Positions 30,312-39,160 of a DNA stretch of 64,000 bases are shown in pieces. The notes beneath the pieces were generated by a model. The model did not search any database, had not been told where the DNA came from, and was given only the letters and a program-made list of their open reading frames with translations. The position numbers and the translations under genes were made by a program. The stretch comes from Bacteroidales bacterium. Lineage in GTDB: Bacteria > Bacteroidota > Bacteroidia > Bacteroidales > WCHB1-69. Positions within the stretch are counted from its first letter, which is position 1. Every line of letters begins with the position of its first letter. The stretch covers positions 2,121 to 66,120 of the forward strand of contig JAIRVY010000148.1 of assembly GCA_031253655.1 (NCBI GenBank), written 5' to 3'.

Positions 30312-30971
30312 ATGAATATAGTAAATTTGGGTGAGTTAAATTCACTTTTTAATCAATTTATTTCCGAAATTAGAAATATTGAAATTCAGAACGACACTAT
30401 GCGTTTTAGAAGAAATTTAGAGCGTATCGGGGAAATTTTTGCGTACGAAATCAGCAAAACGATGAATTATGAAAAAAAAACTATTGTTACTCCTTTGGGT
30501 GAAACGGAAATGAACCTCCTTAAGCAACAACCTGTCTTAGCCACTATTTTAAGAGCCGGTTTGCCGCTACATCAAGGATTTCTAAATTATTTCGACTGCG
30601 CCGAAAACGCTTTTGTATCCGCTTTCAGAAAACATGATTTAGAAGGCAATTTTGAAATACAAATTGATTATATGTCATCTCCGGTTCTCAAAAACAAAAC
30701 ACTCATTATCATCGACCCCATGTTGGCTACAGGAAAATCAATGGTATTTGCGTTTAACGAATTACTTACGATGGGAAATCCAAAGCATATTCATATTGTT
30801 TCTGCCATTGCCTCTGCAGATGGGATTGAATATGCTCAGAAATATTTGCCTATCAAAAAGTGCACTTTGTGGATAGGTGCTCTGGATCAAGAACTTACTG
30901 CCCAATCATATATTGTTCCGGGATTGGGAGATGCCGGCGATTTAGCATATGGGGCAAAATCCGAACTATGA
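30312..30971 (+). CDS. upp: Uracil phosphoribosyltransferase
   Basis: IIIDPMLATGKS PRPP loop and VPGLGDAGD. Confidence 0.9.
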   Translation: MNIVNLGELNSLFNQFISEIRNIEIQNDTMRFRRNLERIGEIFAYEISKTMNYEKKTIVTPLGETEMNLLKQQPVLATILRAGLPLHQGFLNYFDCAENAFVSAFRKHDLEGNFEIQIDYMSSPVLKNKTLIIIDPMLATGKSMVFAFNELLTMGNPKHIHIVSAIASADGIEYAQKYLPIKKCTLWIGALDQELTAQSYIVPGLGDAGDLAYGAKSEL

Positions 30972-31061
30972 TTTTTTACATTCAATACTGAAAATAATAT
31001 GCCTTTCAATAATAATTTTATCATATCGAAGTTTTAATAGTTTAATCCTAATTATATTTTT

Positions 31062-34000
31062 ATGAAAAACACAAAACCAACTCTTTTTTTTGTTTTCTTA
31101 TTTTTTTTGTTTTCTGCCTTATATGCAATTCCTGCAATCCCTTATCCTGTTACTTTTACCCAACCGGACGGGAAGGAGTTGACAGTGATGCTTAGAGGTG
31201 ATGAGCGCATTCACTGGCACGAATCCCTGGATGGATACACTCTATTGTATAACAAAGTAGCGTTTCTTACTTATGCTTATTTGGACGATGAGGGTAATTT
31301 GCAACCCTCAGAATTTATTGCCACTGACATTGAGAACAGAGATATTGTTGTTAATTCTTTCTTAAATACAATTGATAGGAATTTGTTTTACAGTGATTTA
31401 CAAAAAGATGTGATGAAAAAAGTATGGGAAATCGAGGATGATTATGAAACAAGAAGCAATAGGGCATTAGAAGGGCAATACAAAACCTTATGTGCTTTTG
31501 TGCAATTTCCTGAAAAAGCAATGATAAAAACCATTTCACAGTTTGAAGGATTGATGAATCAATTGGGCTATACAGGGAATGGCACCGGTAGTGTTCGTGA
31601 TTTCTTTAAAGAATCCTCTTATAATAAATTTGATTTAATAATCACCTTATGTGGCATCTATACTGCACCGCAAAGCGAAAGTTATTATGCTGGAAATGAC
31701 GGCGTTCAAAATTGTCAGGTACTTGCAAGATGGACGGCTCTACAAGTTGCGGCTGAGCCTGATATAAATTTTGCAGATTACGACAGCAATAACGATGGAA
31801 AAGTGGATGGTTTTCATTTCATTTTTGCCGGTAAAGGGCAGGAGGCCGGCGGAGGAGCCGGAACAATCTGGTCGCATAAATGGCAGTTCTCTCCTGCCGT
31901 TATTAAAAATGGAAAATCTATCAGCATTTATTCCTGTTCGCCCGAACTCTACTCAAATATAATTACTACAATTGGCGTTATTGTTCATGAAATGACCCAC
32001 GCTTTTGGCGCACCCGACTTTTATGATACAAATTATGGCACCGGTGGTCAATATGATGGAACAGGTAATTGGGATGTTATGGCAAGTGGAAGTTGGAACG
32101 GATACCCGGGTGGAAACAGACCAGTCCATCACAACATGTACACAAAAATACAGTTTGGCTGGGTAACCTCCACACTTCTAAATTTTCCTATTACCATTTT
32201 TGATATGCCAAACTCGGCAGAAAACCCTGTGGCATATAGAATAAATACAGGCAACGGCAATGAACACTATTTACTGGAAAATAGACAAAAAATTAAGTTT
32301 GACACCGATTTACCCGGAAGTGGTTTACTTATTTATCACGTTCATACCAACGTAGGAACTTCCGGTATTAATGACACACATCCCCAAAGGATGTACCCTG
32401 TTTGCGCCAGTTCAGCAGTAGCTATTCCTGTAGCAGGAACAAGCAATTATGGAAATATAAACAGTGCCGGTTGCACTTTTCCGGGAACCAGTGGAAAAAC
32501 AGCATTTAACGGCACTTCAACTCCACGAATGTTTCATTGGACTAATACCGTTATAAGTGATAAACCTATCACGGATATTACCCAAAATACTTCTGCAAAA
32601 ACCATTTCATTCAATTTTATGGGTGGAGGCATAATAACACCAGTTATTGATATTACGGGCGTACCCACTTCGGCTTTAGTAGGCTTACCGCTTACCCTTA
32701 CCGGTACAGTGATTCCAAACGATGCAACTTTTAAAACCATTCTATGGAGCGTAATTAACGCAGGAACAACCGGGGCAACTATTTCCGGAAACACGCTCAA
32801 TAATACGGGAACTGGAACAGTTAGTATTAAAGCAACTATAGAAAATGGGGCTGCCTTTGGAACAAGTTTTACAAAAAACTTTGATATTTTGGTAACTAAA
32901 TCATCTCAAACTCCTCCATCTGCACCTACATTACTTCACACAACTCCTACATCCATTACGTTGAATAATATTCCCGGATGCGAATATAGAAGAGATAGTG
33001 GGGATTGGCAAACTTCTACAGCATTTGAAGGACTTACTATTAACACAACCTACAACTTTCAGGCACGCAAGTATGAAACACCTACTCATTTTGCCTCAGA
33101 TCCGAGTCCCGAATCTCAATTTACTACTGCATTGATTCCGGTTACTCATATCACAGATATCCCTTCCATTGCTTATGTTAAAGTCCCGTTTACACTTAAC
33201 GGCACAATCCTTCCAAGTAATGCCTCTTACCAAGCTATTATCTGGAGTATTTATGAAGACTATAATACCAATACAACAATAACTGATGATGTTTTCTTCG
33301 CTAATGCTACCGGATTTGTTACCATTGAAGCTACTATTATAGATGGTATTGAGTTAGGAATTAATTACTCGCAACAGTTTGAAGTTACTGTTATCAAATC
33401 AACTCCTATACCACCTCCCGCTCCTATCCTTTTTAGCAAAACAAAAACAAGTATTACACTTAACGAAGTGACTGGATGCGAGTTTAGAATGGACGATGGG
33501 AATTGGCAAATTTCAAACTTTTTTGAAGGACTAGAAATTAATACGACTTACAGTTTTCAGACAAAAAAAATTGAAACAGAAACTCACATCGCTTCAGAAC
33601 CAAGTGCAAAAGCATTTTTTACTACAGACTCTATTAAAAAATTCAGTATTACGGCATCCGTAAACAATGCTTTATTCGGTACGATAACGCCCAATGGAAT
33701 AATTACTGTTGATGAAGAAGAAACACTTTCTTTCAATATTGCTCCTTTAGATAAATATAAAATTTCTAATGTGTTGGTAAATAACGAAAATAAAGGCGAA
33801 TTAACTACCTACACATTTGAAAATATTCAATCCAATGGAACAATCCATGTCATTTTTACGGAAAAGGTGGGTATTAGAAATAATGAACTTTCTAACATCA
33901 ATGTTTTCAGCCACCAAAATCGTATATTTATCAAAAATGAATCAAATGTGCCCATCAAATCGGTTGAAATTATTGACATGATGGGACGTTTGATATATCA

Positions 34001-34124
34001 AAATGAAATAAATAGTATTGAAACCGTCATTCCTCTTTATGTAGAGACAGGTGTTTATCATGTGATTTTGTATAACAAAGATTTAACCCCTTACAGTATT
34101 TTTAAATTATTGATAACTAAATAG
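31062..34124 (+). CDS. M6-family (immune inhibitor A-like) metalloprotease with Ig/Fn3-like modules and T9SS C-terminal domain
   Basis: HEMTHAFGAPDFYD zinc motif; conserved N-terminal M6 domain; two ~165-aa internal modules; T9SS-tail-like C-terminus. Confidence 0.8.
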   Translation: MKNTKPTLFFVFLFFLFSALYAIPAIPYPVTFTQPDGKELTVMLRGDERIHWHESLDGYTLLYNKVAFLTYAYLDDEGNLQPSEFIATDIENRDIVVNSFLNTIDRNLFYSDLQKDVMKKVWEIEDDYETRSNRALEGQYKTLCAFVQFPEKAMIKTISQFEGLMNQLGYTGNGTGSVRDFFKESSYNKFDLIITLCGIYTAPQSESYYAGNDGVQNCQVLARWTALQVAAEPDINFADYDSNNDGKVDGFHFIFAGKGQEAGGGAGTIWSHKWQFSPAVIKNGKSISIYSCSPELYSNIITTIGVIVHEMTHAFGAPDFYDTNYGTGGQYDGTGNWDVMASGSWNGYPGGNRPVHHNMYTKIQFGWVTSTLLNFPITIFDMPNSAENPVAYRINTGNGNEHYLLENRQKIKFDTDLPGSGLLIYHVHTNVGTSGINDTHPQRMYPVCASSAVAIPVAGTSNYGNINSAGCTFPGTSGKTAFNGTSTPRMFHWTNTVISDKPITDITQNTSAKTISFNFMGGGIITPVIDITGVPTSALVGLPLTLTGTVIPNDATFKTILWSVINAGTTGATISGNTLNNTGTGTVSIKATIENGAAFGTSFTKNFDILVTKSSQTPPSAPTLLHTTPTSITLNNIPGCEYRRDSGDWQTSTAFEGLTINTTYNFQARKYETPTHFASDPSPESQFTTALIPVTHITDIPSIAYVKVPFTLNGTILPSNASYQAIIWSIYEDYNTNTTITDDVFFANATGFVTIEATIIDGIELGINYSQQFEVTVIKSTPIPPPAPILFSKTKTSITLNEVTGCEFRMDDGNWQISNFFEGLEINTTYSFQTKKIETETHIASEPSAKAFFTTDSIKKFSITASVNNALFGTITPNGIITVDEEETLSFNIAPLDKYKISNVLVNNENKGELTTYTFENIQSNGTIHVIFTEKVGIRNNELSNINVFSHQNRIFIKNESNVPIKSVEIIDMMGRLIYQNEINSIETVIPLYVETGVYHVILYNKDLTPYSIFKLLITK

Positions 34125-34239
34125 TTCGTTTTTTACTCAAATAAATCAGTAGTATTTTCCGTCCAACGATGAAAAAAAATTGCATTTCAGTAATAATTAT
34201 ATAATATCAAAGTTTTTATTTTAGCCCTAATATTTTTTT

Positions 34240-36801
34240 ATGAAAAACACAAAATCAACCCTTTTTTTTGTTTTAACATTTTTTTTCTTTTCAGCCTTAT
34301 ATGCAATTCCTGCAATACCTTATCCGATTACTGTTACCCAACCGGACGGGAAGGAGTTGACCGTGATGCTTAAAGGTGATGAGCGCATTCACTGGCACGA
34401 GTCAATGGATGGCTACACCCTGTTGTATAACAAAGAGGCATTTCTTACTTATGCTTATTTAGACGATGCGGGCAATTTGCAACCCTCAGAATTTATTGCC
34501 ACAGCTATTGAAAATCGAAATATTTTCGTTAATTCATTTCTAAACACTATTGATAAAAATTTGTTTTACAGTGAAATACAAACACAATTGATGAAAAAAA
34601 TATGGGAGATCGAAGACAATTTTGCAGGAGGAGACGAGAGGGCATTATCCGGACAATATAAAACCTTGTGTGCTTTTGTGCAATTTCCTGATAAAGAAAT
34701 GAAAAAAACCATTTCACAGTTTGAAGGATTGATGAATCAACTTGGCTATACAGGAAACGGCACGGGTAGTGTTCGAGATTTCTTTAGAGAATCCTCATAT
34801 GGAAAATTTGATTTAATCATCACGTTATGTGGAATTTACACCGCACCGAAAACTGAAACTTATTATGCAGGTGATCCCGGTGATGGTACCGCAAACTGTC
34901 CTGAACTTGCAAGATGGCTTGCTCTACAAGTTGCTGCAGAACCGGATATCAATTTTGCTGATTATGATTCTAATAACAACGGTAAAGTGGATGGATTTCA
35001 CTTCATTTTTGCAGGGGTAGGGCAAGAGACCGGAACGTGCAACTCTTGTATTTGGTCGCATATGTCTATTGTCTATCCAGCAGTTACTAAAAACGGAAAA
35101 AAAATCGATACATATTCCTGTTCGCCTGAATTATATTCCGGTTCTACAATTACAACAGTTGGTGTTATAGCTCATGAGATGTCGCATGCTTTCGGTGCGC
35201 CCGACTTTTACGATACTAACTACCAAGTCGGCGGACAATATACCGGAACAGGAAAATGGGATTTGATGGCAGATGGCAGTTGGAATGGATCTCCGGGGGG
35301 GAATTGTCCCGCGCATCACAATATGTACACCAAAGTTCAGTTTGGTTGGGTTACTCCTTATATTTTAACTGCGCCTACAACAATCCCACAAATGCCCTAT
35401 TCGACTGAAAGCCCTGCGGCATTTAGAATTAATACAGGCAACGGCAATGAACACTATTTGCTGGAGAATCGTCAAAAAATTAAGTTTGATTACAGTGTGC
35501 CCGGAAACGGACTGATTATTTACCATGTGCATAACAGTGTGGGTTCTTACGGTATAAATAACACCCACCCACAAAAGATGTATCCCGTGTGTGCCAGCTC
35601 AGTTACACCTATTCCGGGAACTGGCGCTGCCTCAGTTCAGTATGGAAATATTAACTCCGCAGGATGCCCCTTTCCCGGAACAAGCGGCAATTCATCCTTT
35701 GACGAAAATTCAACACCAAGAATGTTCCACTGGACGAACACTGTAATTACCGGAAAACCCATTACGAATATTACCAACGATGCTTCTACCAGATTCGTTT
35801 CATTCGATTTTATGGAGGAAAGCGATAATCTGTTTTTTATTACCACAAAACCAAATGCATCAGATCGCGGAACAACAACAGGCACAGGATGGTACACCGA
35901 CAACAGTTCAATTACCGTAAGTGCCACACCTAAAGCCGATTATAAATTTTCAAACTGGACGGAGTCCGGAAATATCGTTTCTGAAGCTCCAAACTATACT
36001 TTCACTATCTTTGAAAGCGCCAAATTAGTTGCTAATTTTACAAGCAGTAATGCTCAATTATCGGATTTATGGGTTTCAACAGGTAATTTAGTCCCTGCCT
36101 TTAATACAAATACAACCAATTATACGGTTACTGTTTCCAAATCCGTAACCTTTATTACTATCTCGTGTACCACAGCAGATCAGTTCGCTACCGTTGAAGG
36201 AGCCGGTGTAAAAACGTTAGAAATTGGTAATAATATCTTTACAATTACTGTTACCGCAGACGACAAAATTACCACGAAGCAATATACGGTGAATGTAATT
36301 AGAGAGAATGAGAATAAATATACAATCACTTCAAGTGTTGAGGACAATGTTGGCGGTACTATTACCCCGAATGGTGAAACAATTGTATCGGAAGGCGCAA
36401 ATCTCACTTTCACTATTACCCCATTTGATAAATATAAAATTTTCAATGTGTTGGTTAATAACGAAAATAAAGGAGATATAGAAACTTATACCTTCGAAAA
36501 TATCAAATCAGATGGAACTATCCATGCAATTTTTATTGAAGATGTAGGTGTAGATGGGAGTATCCCATGTAACATCCTTGTTTACAGTAATCAAAATTGT
36601 GTGTATATTAAAAATAAATCTAATATTACGCTTAATTCCGTAGAAATTACAGATATGATGGGGCGTATTGTTTACAAAAAAGAAATATCTAATGAAGTAA
36701 CAAATATTCCATTATGTGTAGTAACAGGTATTTATCACGTAAAGTTATTTTGCAATGATTTAACCATCCCAAATATATATAAAATATTGATAATCAGATA
36801 A
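34240..36801 (+). CDS. M6-family metalloprotease paralog with a different middle region and T9SS C-terminal domain
   Basis: HEMSHAFGAPDFYD. The N-terminal ~530 aa closely parallel 31062..34124. The middle holds an InlB-B-repeat-like module and a cadherin-like module (LSDLWVSTGNLVPAFNTNTTNYTVTV). T9SS tail. Confidence 0.8.
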   Translation: MKNTKSTLFFVLTFFFFSALYAIPAIPYPITVTQPDGKELTVMLKGDERIHWHESMDGYTLLYNKEAFLTYAYLDDAGNLQPSEFIATAIENRNIFVNSFLNTIDKNLFYSEIQTQLMKKIWEIEDNFAGGDERALSGQYKTLCAFVQFPDKEMKKTISQFEGLMNQLGYTGNGTGSVRDFFRESSYGKFDLIITLCGIYTAPKTETYYAGDPGDGTANCPELARWLALQVAAEPDINFADYDSNNNGKVDGFHFIFAGVGQETGTCNSCIWSHMSIVYPAVTKNGKKIDTYSCSPELYSGSTITTVGVIAHEMSHAFGAPDFYDTNYQVGGQYTGTGKWDLMADGSWNGSPGGNCPAHHNMYTKVQFGWVTPYILTAPTTIPQMPYSTESPAAFRINTGNGNEHYLLENRQKIKFDYSVPGNGLIIYHVHNSVGSYGINNTHPQKMYPVCASSVTPIPGTGAASVQYGNINSAGCPFPGTSGNSSFDENSTPRMFHWTNTVITGKPITNITNDASTRFVSFDFMEESDNLFFITTKPNASDRGTTTGTGWYTDNSSITVSATPKADYKFSNWTESGNIVSEAPNYTFTIFESAKLVANFTSSNAQLSDLWVSTGNLVPAFNTNTTNYTVTVSKSVTFITISCTTADQFATVEGAGVKTLEIGNNIFTITVTADDKITTKQYTVNVIRENENKYTITSSVEDNVGGTITPNGETIVSEGANLTFTITPFDKYKIFNVLVNNENKGDIETYTFENIKSDGTIHAIFIEDVGVDGSIPCNILVYSNQNCVYIKNKSNITLNSVEITDMMGRIVYKKEISNEVTNIPLCVVTGIYHVKLFCNDLTIPNIYKILIIR

Positions 36802-36859
36802 CATTGAGTAATTCACACTTAAACGACTATTAATTTTATAAAATTATGAACTGTTTACC

Positions 36860-39160
36860 ATGAGAAAAAAACTCCCTTCTCCTTTATACTTTCTCCTTTT
36901 TGCTTTCTTCTTTCTCCCCTTTTCCTCTTTCTCGCAAACCTACAATGAAGACGACAAAGAGGGCTTGCGTATCTTTCTGCGACAACCCTCCGTAATTGCG
37001 GGCGATATTAATGCACAAAGATTAGGACTGCAAATAAGCGATACAATAAATTGGATGATGGATGAATTGTGGGTAGCTAAAGTTACTGCACTTACTTGGA
37101 ACAGTGATATACCTAAACGATTGATAGAAATATACGGTAATAATATGGGATGGGATTACAAAGGGCTTGCAGGCTACTTAGATTGTAGTTTGTGGACTTA
37201 TTTGACAAGGATGCGTTGCACTGCGAATAATTTGACAACCCTGATAGCTAACAACAACACCGCATTAACACATTTGTACTTCCGATTTAACAAGCTTACA
37301 TGCATTAATGTAAGCAATTGCCCTGCCTTGGAAGTATTGTGGTGTAGTTCCAATCAATTAACAACACTCAATATTTATAACTGCCCGGCTCTAAAGTCTC
37401 TATGGTTTGAAAAAAATTTATTAACAACACTTAATGTTAACAATTGCACAGAATTGAATTGGGTAGATTGTAAAAATAATCAATTTATCATTCTTGATGT
37501 TGGCAATATTCCGGCTTTATCGCATTTAGAATGTAGTAGTAATTTTTTATCTTCCATAAACCTTAATGCAAGTTCTGCCTTATCCTACTTGGAAATCAAC
37601 AATAACCTTTTAACAACCATTGATATTAGCAATAATAGTTTATTATCAGAGTTACATATTAATAACAATCAAATTACGCATCTTGCCCCACATTCCGAAT
37701 CTTTAGCACATTTGGAATGTAGAAACAACAATCTTGTTTCTCTTGATGTAAATAACAGCCCAAACTTACTGCATTTAGATTGCAGAAACAACAACCTAAA
37801 CTCTATTGAATTAAGTAATAATAGTAAGTTACAGCAACTCTATTGCGAAAACAACGAACTAACCTCCCTTGATATAAGTAATAGTAAAAACCTGCAAGAA
37901 CTGTATTGTGATAATAACGAATTAACCGCGCTTAATGTAAGCAATGCTACAAAATTAGAAGAGTTACTATGTAAAAACAACCAACTCACCACGCTCGATG
38001 TAACCGATTGTCATGCCTTAACCCATTTAGATTGCAGAAACAACAGTTTAGCTTCTATTTCCAACATTCATAATAAAAACAACTTAAAAAAACTGATTTG
38101 CGACAACAATCAATTAACTACCCTTGATGTGAGCAACTGCACTAAATTGGAAGAGTTGTCGTGCGTAAACAACCAATTAACCTCTCTTGATGTAGCAAAA
38201 TGTAAATCTATTGTTCATATCGATTGTAGAGATAATCGGTTAAACTCCTTGGATATCAGTAGCGTTGGAGGAACTTATCTGTTGCACGCCTTGTGGTGTA
38301 GTTATAATCAAATGTTTTTTTCGGGCATTCCTCCCACCATCCCTTATCCGTGGGAGTATGTGTATTGGCCCCAAAATACCATAGAGGGCGGCAAAATTGA
38401 TTATGATACCGGCATTGATCTCAGTAAAGAATACTTGGTGGAAGGCAATTATACCCACTTCTCGTGGTTTGATATTACCAACGAGGAAGAACAGCCGATA
38501 GAACTACCGAATGACTACGGCTTTTTCTCACTTACAGAAGAACATATTGGAAAACGCCTGCGCTGCAAAATGCACAACGCCACTTTTCCATGGCTAACCG
38601 GCAATAATATTTTGGTGTATGAGGTAACAATAAAACAGTTTTGTGAAGCGGTGAACAATCTTGAGGCGGAGAAACACCCTTATAATTCTATTCTACTTAC
38701 ATGGAGCAAACCCGAAAGCAATTTTACGGTAGCCGGATACAGCGTTTATAGAAATGAACAATTATTAAATAATGAATTATCGTCTATCTGTTCTTCCTTA
38801 GATGAAAATTTACCTGATGGGAATTATGATTACTATGTAGAAACACATTACACAAACGGTTGTATTTCAGAAAAATCGAATATTGTTACCGTAACAGTTG
38901 GGGTTGGAATAGAATCAATTAAGAATTACGAATTACGAATTACGGTGTACCCGAATCCAACTACCGGTCAATTGAAAATTGACAATGGACAATTAACAAT
39001 TGAAAAAGTGGAAATTTACGATATTTACGGTAGAAAAGTTCTTGAACCACCTCTTACGGTCTTACGGTCTTACGATCTTACGGTCTTACACCACGGTATC
39101 TACTTTATAAAAATAACAACAGAAAAAGGAACAATTACCAAAAAAATGATTAAACAATGA
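36860..39160 (+). CDS. Leucine-rich-repeat surface protein with Fn3-like domain and T9SS C-terminal domain
   Basis: About 16 LRR units (NN.LT.LD..N...L..L.C); C-terminal VYPNPTTGQL...YDIYGRKV...GIYFIKI...KKMIKQ. Confidence 0.8.
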   Translation: MRKKLPSPLYFLLFAFFFLPFSSFSQTYNEDDKEGLRIFLRQPSVIAGDINAQRLGLQISDTINWMMDELWVAKVTALTWNSDIPKRLIEIYGNNMGWDYKGLAGYLDCSLWTYLTRMRCTANNLTTLIANNNTALTHLYFRFNKLTCINVSNCPALEVLWCSSNQLTTLNIYNCPALKSLWFEKNLLTTLNVNNCTELNWVDCKNNQFIILDVGNIPALSHLECSSNFLSSINLNASSALSYLEINNNLLTTIDISNNSLLSELHINNNQITHLAPHSESLAHLECRNNNLVSLDVNNSPNLLHLDCRNNNLNSIELSNNSKLQQLYCENNELTSLDISNSKNLQELYCDNNELTALNVSNATKLEELLCKNNQLTTLDVTDCHALTHLDCRNNSLASISNIHNKNNLKKLICDNNQLTTLDVSNCTKLEELSCVNNQLTSLDVAKCKSIVHIDCRDNRLNSLDISSVGGTYLLHALWCSYNQMFFSGIPPTIPYPWEYVYWPQNTIEGGKIDYDTGIDLSKEYLVEGNYTHFSWFDITNEEEQPIELPNDYGFFSLTEEHIGKRLRCKMHNATFPWLTGNNILVYEVTIKQFCEAVNNLEAEKHPYNSILLTWSKPESNFTVAGYSVYRNEQLLNNELSSICSSLDENLPDGNYDYYVETHYTNGCISEKSNIVTVTVGVGIESIKNYELRITVYPNPTTGQLKIDNGQLTIEKVEIYDIYGRKVLEPPLTVLRSYDLTVLHHGIYFIKITTEKGTITKKMIKQ
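36877..36932. repeat. Pyrimidine-rich heptamer-periodic tract (TTCTCCT family) encoding the LRR protein signal peptide
   Basis: ttctcct ttatact ttctcct ttttgct ttcttct ttctccc cttttcc tctttct, read in a 7-nt phase. Confidence 0.7.
38917..38944. repeat. Heptamer tandem array AATTACG x4 (first copy AATTAAG) just upstream of the T9SS tail
   Basis: aattaag aattacg aattacg aattacg, encoding IKNYELRIT directly before VYPNPT. Confidence 0.85.
39052..39091. repeat. Octamer tandem array TCTTACGG x5 inside the T9SS tail
   Basis: tcttacgg tcttacgg tcttacga tcttacgg tcttacac, encoding LTVLRSYDLTVLH. Confidence 0.85.

Noticed and set aside
37200-38250. Regular ~66-69 nt DNA periodicity that could suggest a repeat array or CRISPR.
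   Set aside because: It is the coding periodicity of about 16 leucine-rich repeats in one open frame. There are no conserved direct repeats with unique spacers and no cas genes.
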